This document shows, piece by piece, positions 38,160-49,284 of a stretch of DNA of 64,000 nt (within the stretch, counting starts at the first letter, position 1; each line of letters starts with the position of its first letter). A program made the translations under genes and the position numbers. The notes beneath the pieces were generated by a model, which worked only from the letters and a program-made list of their open reading frames with translations, was not told where the DNA came from and did not search any database. The DNA is from Candidatus Fimenecus sp. (lineage in GTDB: Bacteria; Bacillota; Clostridia; Oscillospirales; Acutalibacteraceae), in the NCBI GenBank assembly GCA_052273625.1, contig DAVZHW010000001.1, positions 135,718 through 199,717 of the forward strand, written 5' to 3'.

Positions 38160-38663
38160 ATGGCAAACAAAATTGATGCTTCGGCAATGGAATTACAGGA
38201 AAAAGTTATTACAATTAACCGTGTTTCCAAAACTGTTAAGGGCGGCCGTATCTTTAAGTTCTCCGCATTAGTAGTTGTTGGCGACGGTAACGGAACAGTA
38301 GGTTTCGGTATCGGTAAGTCAGGAGAAGTTCCGGACGCTATCCGTAAGGGTATCGAAGACGCAAAGAAAAATCTTATCAAAGTTTCACTTAAGGGTACAA
38401 CAATTCCTCACGAGGTTATCGGTAAGTTCGGCGCAGGCGTTGTTCTTATGAAGCCCGCAGCACCCGGTACCGGCGTTATCGCAGGCGGTCCCGTTCGTGC
38501 GGTTGTTGAAACAGTTGGTATTAAGGACATTCGTTCTAAGGCTCTTCGTTCAAACAATCCCTGCAATGTAGTTAGAGCTACAATTAACGGACTTTCACAG
38601 CTTCGTAACGCAGATGAGGTTGCGGCTACTCGTGGTAAGTCTGTAAGCGAAATTTTAAGATAA
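38160..38663 (+). CDS. rpsE: 30S ribosomal protein S5
   Basis: [27 protein letters not shown]. Confidence 0.97.
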   Translation: MANKIDASAMELQEKVITINRVSKTVKGGRIFKFSALVVVGDGNGTVGFGIGKSGEVPDAIRKGIEDAKKNLIKVSLKGTTIPHEVIGKFGAGVVLMKPAAPGTGVIAGGPVRAVVETVGIKDIRSKALRSNNPCNVVRATINGLSQLRNADEVAATRGKSVSEILR

Positions 38664-38676
38664 GGAGTGTGTGAAA

Positions 38677-38856
38677 ATGGCTAATTTAACAGTAACTCTT
38701 AAAAAGAGCCTTATCGGTTCTAAGAAAGACCAGATTGCCACAGCACATGCACTCGGTCTCAGAAAAATCGGGGATAAGGCTGTTCAGCCCGACAATCCTC
38801 AGACACAGGGTAAGATTAAGAAGATTTCTCATCTTATCGACGTAACAGAAGGCTAA
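38677..38856 (+). CDS. rpmD: 50S ribosomal protein L30
   Basis: ATG 38677 gives [19 protein letters not shown]. The listed GTG at 38671 is an alternative start. Confidence 0.93.
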   Translation: MANLTVTLKKSLIGSKKDQIATAHALGLRKIGDKAVQPDNPQTQGKIKKISHLIDVTEG

Positions 38857-38869
38857 GGAGGTGCGAAGT

Positions 38870-39313
38870 ATGAAATTGCACGAACTCTCAGCGGCTGAAG
38901 GCTCAAAGAAGAGCGTTAAGCGTATCGGTCGTGGTCCCGCATCAGGTCAGGGTAAAACCGCCGGTAAAGGACACAAGGGTCAGAAAGCCCGTGCAGGCAG
39001 AGGTATGCGTCCCGGTTTCGAAGGTGGACAGATGCCCTTGCAGAGAAGAATTCCCAAGCGTGGATTTAACAACATTTTCGCTAAGGAAATCGCAACAGTA
39101 AACGTATCCGCTCTCGACAAGACATTTGAAGACGGCGCAACAGTTGATATTGAAGCACTCATCAATGCAGGTCTTATTAAAAAGGCACTTGACGGAGTAA
39201 AGGTACTTGGAAACGGTGAAATCAGCAAAAAGCTTACTGTTAAGGTTAATGCTTATTCCGACTCGGCAAAGCAGAAGATCGAAGCAGCCGGCGGAAAGGC
39301 TGAGGTGATCTGA
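38870..39313 (+). CDS. rplO: 50S ribosomal protein L15
   Basis: ATG 38870, 8 nt after [29 protein letters not shown]...[10 protein letters not shown]. Confidence 0.95.
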   Translation: MKLHELSAAEGSKKSVKRIGRGPASGQGKTAGKGHKGQKARAGRGMRPGFEGGQMPLQRRIPKRGFNNIFAKEIATVNVSALDKTFEDGATVDIEALINAGLIKKALDGVKVLGNGEISKKLTVKVNAYSDSAKQKIEAAGGKAEVI

Positions 39314-39314
39314 A

Positions 39315-40631
39315 GTGATTCAAACACTTATAAATGCATGGAAGGTCGCAGATCTTCGTAAAAAGATTCTTTATACGGCATTCATCATTCTGGTGTTCAG
39401 AATTGGCGCAGCTATTCCGGTTCCGTTTGTTGAAATCAGCGGCGGACTTATTACAGATGCCAACGCAAATAACTTTATGACATACCTCAGCATGATGACA
39501 GGTGACGCTTTTAACTACGGTACACTTTTCGCAATGTCGATTACACCGTACATCAACGCATCAATCATCATTCAGCTTCTTACAGTTGCAATTCCCGCAC
39601 TTGAGAAGCTCGCAAAGGAAGGCGAAGAGGGTAGAAAGAAGCTTTCTTCAATCACTCGTTATACTTCGGTTGCCCTTGCACTTATGCAGAGCACAGCTTA
39701 CTTCTTCTATATCCGTTCACGTGACTATCTTACGACAGACGCTAACGGTGCGAAGTACACAGGCTTCTGGGCAGTGTTCCAGGCTCTCGCAATCATCCTC
39801 TGCTATACGGCAGGTTCGACATTCATTATGTGGCTCGGTGAGCAGATAAACGAAAAGGGTATCGGCAACGGTATTTCAATTATACTTTTCGCAGGCATCG
39901 TTTCGAGAATGCCCACTACAATTTATGGTCTTTACACCTATGTTGATAAGGGCGGCGCATATTTCGCAATCGTTCCGATAGCAGTAATTTCACTTATTCT
40001 TATGGTTGCGTTCATCGTTTGGATGGACAATGCCGAGAGAAGAATTCCCGTTCAGTATGCAAAAAGAGTCGTAGGACGCAAGATGTACGGCGGTCAGAAT
40101 ACTCATATGCCTATCAAGGTTAATATGTGCGGTGTTCTTCCGATCATCTTCGCTTCTTCAATTCTCTCATTGCCCCCCACAATCCAGATGTTTGTCAAGG
40201 TTAAAGAGGGCGGCTTCTGGGAAGGCTTCTTCAAAATATTTGAATCGACACATTGGGCATATGGAATTATGTACTTTGTATTGATTATATTCTTCGCATA
40301 CTTCTATGCGGCAATCCAGTACAATCCTATCGAAATGGCTAACAATATCCGTAAGAACAGCGGTGCTATCCCCGGTATTCGTCCCGGCAAGCCCACTTCG
40401 GATTACATCACCAAGGTATTGTCAAGACTTACACTTGTAGGAGCTTTGCTTCTCTCTGTTGTTGCTCTCTACCCGATACTCTTCTCACAGATTACGGGTG
40501 CGTTCAAGCATCAGGTAAGCCTTTCACTCGGCGGTACTTCGGTAATCATCTTGGTCGGTGTTGCTCTTGAAACAGTTAAGCAGCTTGAAAGCCAGATGAT
40601 GATGCGTCATTACAAGGGATTCCTTGATTAA
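39315..40631 (+). CDS. secY: preprotein translocase subunit SecY
   Basis: 438 aa, 10 TM. ALGI-like plug region FAMSITPYINASIIIQLL. Position after rplO. Confidence 0.96.
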   Translation: MIQTLINAWKVADLRKKILYTAFIILVFRIGAAIPVPFVEISGGLITDANANNFMTYLSMMTGDAFNYGTLFAMSITPYINASIIIQLLTVAIPALEKLAKEGEEGRKKLSSITRYTSVALALMQSTAYFFYIRSRDYLTTDANGAKYTGFWAVFQALAIILCYTAGSTFIMWLGEQINEKGIGNGISIILFAGIVSRMPTTIYGLYTYVDKGGAYFAIVPIAVISLILMVAFIVWMDNAERRIPVQYAKRVVGRKMYGGQNTHMPIKVNMCGVLPIIFASSILSLPPTIQMFVKVKEGGFWEGFFKIFESTHWAYGIMYFVLIIFFAYFYAAIQYNPIEMANNIRKNSGAIPGIRPGKPTSDYITKVLSRLTLVGALLLSVVALYPILFSQITGAFKHQVSLSLGGTSVIILVGVALETVKQLESQMMMRHYKGFLD

Positions 40632-40647
40632 AGAAAAGGAGTTTGTT

Positions 40648-41280
40648 ATGAATCTTATACTTTTAGGTGCTCCCGGAGCAGGAAAAGGTACACAGGCTGA
40701 AAAGATTTGTGAAAAGCTTTCAATTCCGGCTATTTCAACAGGCAATATTTTGCGTGAGGCTATGGCAAACGGAACTGAAATGGGACTCAAGGCAAAATCC
40801 TTTATCGATGCCGGCGCTCTCGTTCCCGATGAGGTTGTTATCGGCATCATCAACGAAAGACTTAAAGAAGACGACTGTAAAAACGGTTTTATTCTTGACG
40901 GATTTCCGAGAACAATTCCGCAGGCAGAAGCGCTCGATAATATGAATGTCAGAATTGACAGGGTTATCGACATTGAGGTTCCCGATGAGAAAATTGCTGC
41001 AAGGCTTTCGGGCAGACGCGTATGCTTGAAGTGCGGCGCAACATATCACACTCAGTACAAGAAGCCTCAGGTTGACGGCGTGTGTGATGCGTGCGGAGAT
41101 AATTTAGTTCAGCGCAAAGACGATATGCCCGAGACGGTTCTTGACAGATTGAACACATATCATCAGCAGACAGAGCCGTTGAAGGATTACTATGAGAAGA
41201 AGGGTATTCTTCGAGTAGTCGAAGGTCAGGAGGAGGTAGCAGATACTACTGCTCTTACCTTCAAAGCATTGGAGGATTAA
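40648..41280 (+). CDS. adk: adenylate kinase (zinc-lid type)
   Basis: MNLILLGAPGAGKGTQ P-loop. Lid CLKCGATYH...CDACG. Confidence 0.96.
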   Translation: MNLILLGAPGAGKGTQAEKICEKLSIPAISTGNILREAMANGTEMGLKAKSFIDAGALVPDEVVIGIINERLKEDDCKNGFILDGFPRTIPQAEALDNMNVRIDRVIDIEVPDEKIAARLSGRRVCLKCGATYHTQYKKPQVDGVCDACGDNLVQRKDDMPETVLDRLNTYHQQTEPLKDYYEKKGILRVVEGQEEVADTTALTFKALED

Positions 41281-41282
41281 GC

Positions 41283-42035
41283 ATGATAGTGCTAAAAACC
41301 GCAAGAGAATTAGAGCTTATTCACAAAGCATGTATAATTTCTGCGGAGGCATTACAAGTGGCAGGCGAGGCTGTCAAACCCGGTATAACAACTTGGGAAA
41401 TTGACAAAATCGCATACGACTATATAAAGAAGCAGGGCGCTGAGCCTAACTTCTTGCATTTGTACGGTTTCCCTGCCACTGCATGCATTTCCATAAATGA
41501 TGAGGTCATTCACGGTATTCCGAGCAAAAAAACCGTCATAAAAGAGGGCGACATAGTCAGCATTGACTTAGGAGCTAAAATTGACGGATATAACGGCGAT
41601 AATGCTGCCACATTTGCGGCCGGTAAAGTATCGGAAAGCGCAAAGCGGCTGTGCGATGTAACTGAGAAAAGCCTTTATTTAGGCATTGAACAGGCAATCG
41701 TAGGCAACAGACTCGGCGATATTGGCTCGGCAATACAAAAATACTGTGAGGAAAACGGCTACGGTGTCGTGCGAGAGTATACCGGACACGGCGTCGGAGC
41801 AAAGCTCCATGAAGACCCCAGCGTACCGAATTTCGGAACTCCCGGAAGGGGGGCTCGCCTGTTGCCGGGAATGGTAATTGCGATAGAGCCTATGATTACT
41901 CAGGGCGATAAAGCAATTAAGCAGTTACCCGACGGCTGGACGGTAAAGACCAAAGACGGTAAGCTTGCAGCTCATTTTGAGCACACAATAGCGATTACAA
42001 AAAACGGACCCAAGATACTGACTAAGCTTGATTAA
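41283..42035 (+). CDS. map: type I methionine aminopeptidase
   Basis: 250 aa. HGIPS, DLGAKIDGYNGDNA, GHGVG, AIEPM, EHT metal ligands. Confidence 0.95.
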   Translation: MIVLKTARELELIHKACIISAEALQVAGEAVKPGITTWEIDKIAYDYIKKQGAEPNFLHLYGFPATACISINDEVIHGIPSKKTVIKEGDIVSIDLGAKIDGYNGDNAATFAAGKVSESAKRLCDVTEKSLYLGIEQAIVGNRLGDIGSAIQKYCEENGYGVVREYTGHGVGAKLHEDPSVPNFGTPGRGARLLPGMVIAIEPMITQGDKAIKQLPDGWTVKTKDGKLAAHFEHTIAITKNGPKILTKLD

Positions 42036-42045
42036 GGGTGAGGTT

Positions 42046-42288
42046 ATGGTGCTTGTTAAAGGATCGGTTGCAGTTTCGCTCATGGGACGAGATAAAGGCG
42101 TTCTTATGTGCGTTGTCGAAACGGGCGAAAACAGGGTATGGGTGTGTGACGGAAAACACAGGAGGCTAAATAAGCCGAAAGCGAAAAATCCAAAGCACAT
42201 CAGACCTTTAGACAAGAAACTGTCTGAGGAGCAGACCGCTTCAGATAAGTCAATAAGAAAAGCGTTAAAGCAAATTTCGGAGGCTTGA
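42046..42288 (+). CDS. KOW-domain RNA-binding protein (map-infA intergenic family of Clostridia)
   Basis: ATG 42046 after [26 protein letters not shown]-like motif. Conserved position between map and infA. Confidence 0.7.
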   Translation: MVLVKGSVAVSLMGRDKGVLMCVVETGENRVWVCDGKHRRLNKPKAKNPKHIRPLDKKLSEEQTASDKSIRKALKQISEA

Positions 42289-42290
42289 AT

Positions 42291-42509
42291 ATGTCAAAAC
42301 AGGATATGATTGAAATTGAAGGTACAGTCGTTGAAGCATTACCGAACGCAGTGTTTCAGGTAGAGCTTGAAAACGGACATCAAATTACGGCTCACATTTC
42401 GGGTAAATTGAGAATGAACTTTATCAGAATTCTCCCCGGTGATAAGGTTACAGTTGAAATGTCGCCTTACGACTTAACCAGAGGCCGTATTACTTGGCGA
42501 TCGAAGTAA
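42291..42509 (+). CDS. infA: translation initiation factor IF-1
   Basis: ATG 42291, 7 nt after [52 protein letters not shown]. Confidence 0.96.
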   Translation: MSKQDMIEIEGTVVEALPNAVFQVELENGHQITAHISGKLRMNFIRILPGDKVTVEMSPYDLTRGRITWRSK

Positions 42510-42542
42510 GAAAAGAAACTACTTTTATTAGGAGGTATTCAA

Positions 42543-42656
42543 ATGAAAGTCAGACCTTCTGTCAAAAAAATATGCGATAAGTGCAAGGTTATCAAGCGCA
42601 AGGGTAAAGTCATGGTTATCTGTGAGAACCCCAAGCACAAACAGCGTCAGGGCTAA
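42543..42656 (+). CDS. rpmJ: 50S ribosomal protein L36 (37 aa; below the ORF-track length cutoff)
   Basis: Hand translation: [46 protein letters not shown] upstream. Confidence 0.95.
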   Translation: MKVRPSVKKICDKCKVIKRKGKVMVICENPKHKQRQG

Positions 42657-42763
42657 TTAAGGCTTCGGCTGTATCGTTGTTAAAGATCTAAACAACGATA
42701 TTGTGCTTATCCAAAGACAAAGTAAGGGCTTTTGCCCACAGATTAAAACGGAGGTACAACTCT

Positions 42764-43132
42764 ATGGCACGTATTTCAGGTGTTGATTTACCGAGAGATA
42801 AAAGAGTCGAAATCGGACTCACATACATCTACGGTATCGGCAGAAAAACTGCAAGCGACATTATTGCCGCAACAGGTGTTAATCCTGACACAAGAGTCAA
42901 GGATTTAACTGAAGAAGATGTAGCAAAGCTGCGTGAATACATTGAGCACAATGTTAAGGTTGAAGGTGATCTTCGCCGTGACACAGCTTTCGACATTAAG
43001 AGATTGGTAGAAATCGGTTGCTACCGTGGTGTTCGTCATCGTAAGGGTCTCCCCGTAAGAGGACAGACTTCTAAGAACAATGCTCGTACACGTAAGGGTC
43101 CGAAGAAGACAATCGCAAACAAGAAGAAGTAA
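42764..43132 (+). CDS. rpsM: 30S ribosomal protein S13
   Basis: ATG 42764 after GGAGG gives [26 protein letters not shown]. Confidence 0.96.
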   Translation: MARISGVDLPRDKRVEIGLTYIYGIGRKTASDIIAATGVNPDTRVKDLTEEDVAKLREYIEHNVKVEGDLRRDTAFDIKRLVEIGCYRGVRHRKGLPVRGQTSKNNARTRKGPKKTIANKKK

Positions 43133-43148
43133 GAGGAGGGATTTGTAA

Positions 43149-43553
43149 ATGGCTACCAAAGCAACAGCTAAAAAGGGCGCTTCTCGTAAACGCCGTGAAA
43201 AGAAGAACATTGAAAAAGGTGCAGCTCATATTCAATCCACCTTCAATAACACAATAGTTACCATTACAGATGTACAGGGCAATGCAGTTTCTTGGGCATC
43301 AGCAGGTGAAATGGGATTCAGAGGTTCTAAGAAATCTACTCCCTTCGCAGCTCAGACAGCGGCAGAAACAGCAGCAAAGATTGCAGTTGATCACGGTATG
43401 AAGACTATTGAAGTTTATGTTAAGGGACCGGGTTCAGGACGTGAAGCAGCTATTCGTGCTTTACAGACCGCAGGACTTGAAGTAACAATGATTAAAGACG
43501 TTACTCCCATTCCGCACAACGGTTGCCGCCCGCCCAAGAGAAGAAGAGTATAA
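43149..43553 (+). CDS. rpsK: 30S ribosomal protein S11
   Basis: [30 protein letters not shown]. Confidence 0.97.
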   Translation: MATKATAKKGASRKRREKKNIEKGAAHIQSTFNNTIVTITDVQGNAVSWASAGEMGFRGSKKSTPFAAQTAAETAAKIAVDHGMKTIEVYVKGPGSGREAAIRALQTAGLEVTMIKDVTPIPHNGCRPPKRRRV

Positions 43554-43567
43554 CGGAGGTGTAATTT

Positions 43568-44194
43568 ATGGCTAGATATACCGGTGCGGTTTGTAAATTG
43601 TGCCGTCGTGAGGGCAAGAAGCTTTTCCTCAAGGGCGATCGTTGCTATACAGGCAAGTGCTCACTTGAGCGTCGCAGCTATGCTCCCGGACAGCATGGAC
43701 AGAGCCGCAAAAAGAATTCTGAATACGGTTTGCAGCTTCGTGCAAAGCAGACAGCTAAGCGTTACTACGGTATTCAGGAAGGACAGTTCCACAAATATTT
43801 CCTTATGGCTGAGCGCCGTCAGGGACAGGCTGGTGAAAACCTTTTGAGAATCTGCGAGAGCAGACTTGATAATGCAATTTATCTTCTCGGTTGGGCTTCA
43901 TCAAGAGCCGAAGCAAGACAGTTGGTAAATCACGGACATTACGAAGTAAACGGCATGAAGGTTGACATTCCGTCATATCTTCTTAAAGCAGGCGACGTAA
44001 TTTCTATCAAGGAAAAGAGCCGTGACAGTGAAAAAATTAAGGCAGTTCTCGAAGCAAATGCAGCTCGTCCCGTTCCCGAGTGGCTCGTGAAGAATGCAGA
44101 CGCTTTCGAGGGTAAGGTAGCAGCTCTTCCGACCAGAGAGCAGATTGAAGTTCCGGTTGAGGAACACCTTATCGTCGAGCTCTATTCTAAATAA
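43568..44194 (+). CDS. rpsD: 30S ribosomal protein S4
   Basis: [32 protein letters not shown]4 domain. Confidence 0.97.
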   Translation: MARYTGAVCKLCRREGKKLFLKGDRCYTGKCSLERRSYAPGQHGQSRKKNSEYGLQLRAKQTAKRYYGIQEGQFHKYFLMAERRQGQAGENLLRICESRLDNAIYLLGWASSRAEARQLVNHGHYEVNGMKVDIPSYLLKAGDVISIKEKSRDSEKIKAVLEANAARPVPEWLVKNADAFEGKVAALPTREQIEVPVEEHLIVELYSK

Positions 44195-44263
44195 TAGAGT
44201 TTACTGTTAGACAAAATATTTATTATTCGGTTGGTTTTTTCCGACCATATAGGAGGCTTTTGA

Positions 44264-45214
44264 ATGATAGGAATTGATAAGCCCAGCATTGAAGCACTCG
44301 ATTTGACCGAAGACGGTACTTACGGCAAGTTCGTAATGGAACCGTTGGAAAGAGGCTACGGCACAACGATCGGTAACAGCCTTCGTCGTGTATTGCTTTC
44401 TTCACTTCCCGGTTATGCGATTACCTCGGTTAAGATTGACGGCGTTCTCCATGAGTTCTCAACTGTTGAGGGCGTTAAGGAAGACGTTACTGAGATCGTT
44501 CTTAACCTTAAAGGCGTAATCCTTAAAATGCATGATGAGGGTCCCAAGACTCTTTATATCGATGCAAGCGGAAAATGTGAGGTTACAGCAGGCGACATTA
44601 AGGCTGATTCGGATGTTGAAATTCTCAACCCCGATCATCATATCGCAACTCTTTCAGACGGCGCATCTCTCGTTATGGAGATGACAGCTGACAAGGGCAG
44701 AGGATATGTATCTGCTGACAGAAATAAGCAGATGTTGCAGCCTGTTATCGGTGTAATTGCAATCGACTCAATTTATACACCTGTGTTGAAGGTAAACTAC
44801 ACGGTTGAAAATACTCGTGTCGGTCAGATTACTGACTTTGACAAGCTCACTCTTGAAGCATGGACAGACGGTTCAATTTCCGCTAAGGAAGCTGTTTCGT
44901 TTGGCGCAAAAATTCTTAACGAGCACCTTGAGCTCTTCATCGGTCTTTCGGATGAGGCTGCAACAGGTCCTATCCTTATCGATAAGAAAGAGGATAGCAA
45001 TGTTAAGACTCTCGAAATGACGATTGAAGAACTTGACCTTTCTGTTCGTTCATTCAACTGCTTGAAGAGGGCCGGTATCAACACGGTTGAAGACTTGATA
45101 AGCAAAACTGAAGAAGATATGATGAAAGTGAGAAATCTTGGCAGAAAATCTCTTGATGAGGTTGTTGCAAAGCTTGAATCACTTGGCTTCACTCTTCACC
45201 ACGACGACGAATAA
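44264..45214 (+). CDS. rpoA: DNA-directed RNA polymerase subunit alpha
   Basis: 316 aa. [21 protein letters not shown]-terminal domain [17 protein letters not shown]. Confidence 0.97.
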   Translation: MIGIDKPSIEALDLTEDGTYGKFVMEPLERGYGTTIGNSLRRVLLSSLPGYAITSVKIDGVLHEFSTVEGVKEDVTEIVLNLKGVILKMHDEGPKTLYIDASGKCEVTAGDIKADSDVEILNPDHHIATLSDGASLVMEMTADKGRGYVSADRNKQMLQPVIGVIAIDSIYTPVLKVNYTVENTRVGQITDFDKLTLEAWTDGSISAKEAVSFGAKILNEHLELFIGLSDEAATGPILIDKKEDSNVKTLEMTIEELDLSVRSFNCLKRAGINTVEDLISKTEEDMMKVRNLGRKSLDEVVAKLESLGFTLHHDDE

Positions 45215-45229
45215 AAGGAGTGATATTAA

Positions 45230-45712
45230 ATGCCCGGTACAAGAAAACTCGGCAGAACTACCGATCACCGCAGAGCTATGCTCAGAGGCTTGGTAACATA
45301 TCTGTTTGAAAACGGCAAAGTTGAAACAACTGTTACAAGGGCTAAGGAAGTCCGTGCAATGGCTGAAAAAATGATCACTATTGCTAAAGAGGGCTCTTTG
45401 CACTCAAGAAGACAGGTTCTTGCATACGTTACTAAAGAGGACGTTGTAAAGAAGTTGTTTGACGAGATCGCACCCAAGTATCAGGATGTTAAAGGCGGCT
45501 ATACCCGCATTATAAAGACAGGCGCTCGCAGAGGCGATGCAGCAGAAATGGCAATCATTGAGCTTGTAGAGCCCAAGGCAGCAGAAGAAAAGCCTGTTAA
45601 AAAGACAGAAGCTAAGGCTGCTAAAAAGACTGCTTCAACCAAGAAGGCAGCTCCCGCAAAGGAAGAGGCTCCTAAGGCTGAAGAAGCAACAGTAGAAGCT
45701 GCTGCAGAATAA
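45230..45712 (+). CDS. rplQ: 50S ribosomal protein L17 with Ala/Lys/Glu-rich C-terminal extension
   Basis: [30 protein letters not shown]. 160 aa, longer than L17 proteins I know. Confidence 0.95.
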   Translation: MPGTRKLGRTTDHRRAMLRGLVTYLFENGKVETTVTRAKEVRAMAEKMITIAKEGSLHSRRQVLAYVTKEDVVKKLFDEIAPKYQDVKGGYTRIIKTGARRGDAAEMAIIELVEPKAAEEKPVKKTEAKAAKKTASTKKAAPAKEEAPKAEEATVEAAAE

Positions 45713-45730
45713 TTTTAAGATTATTCAATC

Positions 45731-45770
45731 GGCTGTAAAAAACGAAAGTTTTTTACAGCCTTTTATCTTT
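45731..45770 (+). terminator. intrinsic terminator of the alpha operon
   Basis: 13-bp stem GGCTGTAAAAAAC/GTTTTTTACAGCC, GAAA loop, then TTTTATCTTT. Confidence 0.85.
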
Positions 45771-45798
45771 ATAACGACTGTTTTTAACCAATTTGTCC

Positions 45799-45827
45799 TT
45801 GATTTTTTTGTCGTTGTAAACTATAAT
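45799..45827 (+). promoter_or_regulatory. sigma-A type promoter TTGATT-17 nt-TATAAT
   Basis: TTGATT 45799-45804, TATAAT 45822-45827. About 35 nt before the ileS start. Confidence 0.55.
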
Positions 45828-45863
45828 AGACAATGTATATTTATAGTAGAAGGTGAACGCAAG

Positions 45864-48800
45864 GTGCAGAAAAAAATAGAGAGAAACTACGATTTCGCTA
45901 AGTCTGAACAGGAAGTAATCGATTTTTGGAAACAAAACGATATTTTCAAAAAGGCTGTTGCGAAAAATGACGTAAACACAAAGAACTATGTGTTCTACGA
46001 CGGACCTCCCACCGCTAACGGTAAGCCGCATATCGGTCATGTTCTTACAAGAGTTGTAAAGGACGTAATTCCGAGATATAAAACCATGCAGGGCTATCAC
46101 GTTGAGAGAAAAGCAGGCTGGGACACTCACGGACTTCCCGTTGAGCTTGAGGTTGAAAAGCAAATTCACACAAACGGCAAGGCTGATATTGAGGCTTTCG
46201 GTGTAGAGCCGTTCATTCAGAAATGCCGTGAAAGTGTTTGGACATATAAGGACCTTTGGGAAAAAATGTCCGAAAGAGTCGGCTATTGGTGCGACTTTGA
46301 GCATCCTTACATTACATACACGAACAACTATATTGAGTCGGTATGGTGGGGGCTTAAGGAGCTTGATAAGAAAGGCCTTATCTACAAGGGCTTCAGAGTA
46401 TCTCCGTATTGCCCGAGATGCTCAACCGCTTTGAGCTCGCACGAGGTTGCGCAGGGCTATAAGAATGTTAAAACAGAGTCTGTTTTCGTAAGATTTAAGT
46501 GCAAGGATGAGGAAAACACATATTTCGCAGTTTGGACAACAACACCGTGGACATTGCCCTCAAACGTTGCGCTTTGCGTAAACGAAAAATTTGACTATGC
46601 AAAGGTTAAGGTTGACGGCGATTATTATTATATCGCAACCGAGCTTATCGGCGACCTTTTCGGCGAGGACTATGAAATTGTCGAAAACTATAAGGGTGCG
46701 GATCTTGTCGGCAAGGAATATGAGCCGATATACACCTTTGTTGTTGACACGTTTAAGGAAAAGGCTTTCTATGTAATTGCCGACGATTATGTATCGCTTG
46801 ACGCAGGTACAGGTATCGTTCATATCGCTCCCGCATTCGGCGAGGACGACTCAAGAGTCGGTAAGGAAAACAAACTTCCCTGCGTTAAGCCCGTTGACTT
46901 TGCAGGTAAATTTACCGATATTTGCGGCAAGTATGCAGGCAAGCTTGTATTCGACGCAAATGACGAGATTATCAAAGAGCTTATTGACAATAAGGTTATC
47001 CTTAAAATAAAGAAAATTGAGCACAGCTATCCGCACTGCTGGCGTTGTAACAGCCCGCTTATCTATTATGCAAAGGATTCGTGGTTTATTGCAATGTCAA
47101 CTCTCCGTGACGAGCTTGTTGCAGATAACAGAAGTGTAAACTGGTTCCCCGAGAACTTCAAAGAGGGAAGAATGGGCAACTTCGTTTCCAATGTTATCGA
47201 CTGGGCAGTTTCAAGAGACAGATATTGGGGCACTCCGCTTCCGATTTGGGTATGCGAGGAGTGTGGTCATAAGCATGTTATAGGCTCGGTTGCAGAGCTT
47301 GTTGAACTCACAGGCGCCGATCCCGATATTGACCTTCATAAGCCTATGGTTGACCGTCTTACAATGACCTGCCCCGAGTGCGGACACACAATGCACCGTA
47401 CCCCCGAGGTTTGCGACTGCTGGATAGATTCAGGCTCAATGCCCTATGCACAGCATCACTATCCGTTTGAAAATCAGGAAATTTTCAATCAGCAGTTCCC
47501 GGCTGACTTCATCAGCGAGGGCAGCGACCAGTCAAGAGGCTGGTTCTACGCTTTGCAGGCACTTTCAACCGCTATTTTCGGCAAATCGCCGTATAAAAAC
47601 TGTATCGCTCTCGGTCTTGTAAACGACGAAAACGGCATCAAGATGTCAAAGCATATCGGCAACGTCGTTGACCCGTGGGAGGTTCTTGACGAATTCGGCT
47701 CAGACGCTACAAGACTTTACTTCTGCATAGCTAACGCGCCGTGGATTTCCACTTCGTTCAGCAAGCAGACTCTTGCACAGTTCCAGAACAGATTTATCGG
47801 CACTATGTGGGCGTCGGTTTACTTCTATTCACTTTACAGTGAGATTGACGGCTTTGATCCGAGCAAATACAACATTGACGATTGCAAGCTTCGTTCAATC
47901 GACGAGTGGGTGCTTTCAAGAGTTAACTCTCTTGTTAAAAAGGTTACCCATGAGTTCGACTCATACCATATCTTCGAGGCAACAAGAGCAATGGAGAGCT
48001 TTATCGACGAGCTTTCAAACTGGTATATCAGACGTAACCGCCGTCGTTTCTTTAACTCGGAGCTTACCGAGGACAAGATTGCGGCATATATGACTCTCTA
48101 TACCGTTCTTGAAACACTCGCAAGGGTTGTTGCTCCCGTAACTCCGTTTGTTGCGGAGACAATGTATCAGGGACTTGTTACAAGATACTTCCCCGACGCA
48201 CCCGAGAGCGTTCATCTTGCTTCCTTCCCGCAGTACAGAGCTGATTGGGATAAGCCCGAGCTTGAGGAACAGATGGAGGTTTCCTATAAGGCTGTTGAAA
48301 TCGGCAGAAAGCTTCGTGAGCTTGTTCATATCCGTAACCGTCAGCCGTTGAGCCAGTGCATTGTTAAGATTGACAACGGTATCACTCTTAAAGATGAAGA
48401 ACTCAACACTATTGCGGAAGAGCTTAATGTTGATGAGGTTCTTACAGACTTCGATACACAGAGCCTTATCTGCTATGAAATCAAGCCGCAGCTCAAGACA
48501 CTCGGTCCGAAATACGGCAGACACTTGAAAGCTATCGGAGAGTATTTCAATATCGACAGAAATACCGAAATCATAAACACCATCAAGGCTGACGGCATTT
48601 ATAAGACGGAAATTGACGGCACCGAAATTGAGCTTACAATGGACGACCTCCTTGTTACCGAAAAGGCGAAAGAGGGCTATATTGCAGAAACAAATTACGG
48701 TGTAACTGTAATTCTCAACACTGTGCTCAATGATTCGCTTATCGAAAGAGGTTCTGTAAGGGAGTTCATTTCAAAGGTTCAAAATCTCCGTAAGTCAAGC

Positions 48801-48989
48801 GGTTTTGAGGTTACGGACCACATTGAAATCGTTGCTTCTTCCGATGATTACATTACTGATGTAATTACACGCAACGCTGATTTCATTAAGTCAGAGCTTC
48901 TTTGCGACAGCCTCACATTCGCAGAGGGCGGAGCAAACGAGTTTAATATCGACGACCACAAGGTTAAGGTTGATATTAAAAAGGCTTAA
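45864..48989 (+). CDS. ileS: isoleucyl-tRNA synthetase, type 2 (long, about 1040 aa)
   Basis: GTG start. PPTANGKPHIGH (HIGH) and KMSKHIGN (KMSKS) motifs, CP1 editing domain. Confidence 0.95.
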   Translation: MQKKIERNYDFAKSEQEVIDFWKQNDIFKKAVAKNDVNTKNYVFYDGPPTANGKPHIGHVLTRVVKDVIPRYKTMQGYHVERKAGWDTHGLPVELEVEKQIHTNGKADIEAFGVEPFIQKCRESVWTYKDLWEKMSERVGYWCDFEHPYITYTNNYIESVWWGLKELDKKGLIYKGFRVSPYCPRCSTALSSHEVAQGYKNVKTESVFVRFKCKDEENTYFAVWTTTPWTLPSNVALCVNEKFDYAKVKVDGDYYYIATELIGDLFGEDYEIVENYKGADLVGKEYEPIYTFVVDTFKEKAFYVIADDYVSLDAGTGIVHIAPAFGEDDSRVGKENKLPCVKPVDFAGKFTDICGKYAGKLVFDANDEIIKELIDNKVILKIKKIEHSYPHCWRCNSPLIYYAKDSWFIAMSTLRDELVADNRSVNWFPENFKEGRMGNFVSNVIDWAVSRDRYWGTPLPIWVCEECGHKHVIGSVAELVELTGADPDIDLHKPMVDRLTMTCPECGHTMHRTPEVCDCWIDSGSMPYAQHHYPFENQEIFNQQFPADFISEGSDQSRGWFYALQALSTAIFGKSPYKNCIALGLVNDENGIKMSKHIGNVVDPWEVLDEFGSDATRLYFCIANAPWISTSFSKQTLAQFQNRFIGTMWASVYFYSLYSEIDGFDPSKYNIDDCKLRSIDEWVLSRVNSLVKKVTHEFDSYHIFEATRAMESFIDELSNWYIRRNRRRFFNSELTEDKIAAYMTLYTVLETLARVVAPVTPFVAETMYQGLVTRYFPDAPESVHLASFPQYRADWDKPELEEQMEVSYKAVEIGRKLRELVHIRNRQPLSQCIVKIDNGITLKDEELNTIAEELNVDEVLTDFDTQSLICYEIKPQLKTLGPKYGRHLKAIGEYFNIDRNTEIINTIKADGIYKTEIDGTEIELTMDDLLVTEKAKEGYIAETNYGVTVILNTVLNDSLIERGSVREFISKVQNLRKSSGFEVTDHIEIVASSDDYITDVITRNADFIKSELLCDSLTFAEGGANEFNIDDHKVKVDIKKA

Positions 48990-49023
48990 TTAAAGTCAAA
49001 ACTTGATATTGTTAAAAGGCTTC

Positions 49024-49052
49024 GGATAACCGAAGCCTTTTTGGTTGTAAAA
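49024..49052. terminator. bidirectional intrinsic terminator
   Basis: Stem AAAAGGCTTCGG/CCGAAGCCTTTT with ATAA loop, between convergent ileS and the 49086-49280 gene. Confidence 0.85.
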
Positions 49053-49085
49053 ACGCCCTCATAAAATGAGAGCGTTTTCGTACTT

Positions 49086-49280
49086 TTAATTTTGTTTTTG
49101 AACGATTTTATATTCGTCATACGGATTGTAATACGGACACTCAAAGTCGGCGTAGCTTAAAAATCTTGCCATTTCGTCCTCGTCGAGATTGACCTCGCAC
49201 GCATAGCAATCATAGTCCTCGTCATAAAAATAATAAGCACAGCATTCGCATTGCGTAACCCGTTTTTTCTTTTCAGCCAT
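49086..49280 (-). CDS. small acidic Cys-rich protein (putative zinc-ribbon-like), function unknown
   Basis: 64 aa. CECC...C..C...C pattern with LDEDEM. 4-nt gap from the upstream oxidoreductase gene. Confidence 0.55.
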   Translation of the reverse strand: MAEKKKRVTQCECCAYYFYDEDYDCYACEVNLDEDEMARFLSYADFECPYYNPYDEYKIVQKQN

Positions 49281-49284
49281 TGTG

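Noticed and set aside
45713-45863. T-box leaders upstream of ileS and of the other aaRS genes proS, aspS and gltX/glnS.
   Set aside because: The upstream spaces are too short: about 150 nt for ileS including a terminator and promoter, and 36 nt for proS. I see no T-box consensus (…GGTGGTACCGCG…-like) or specifier/antiterminator architecture in any of them.
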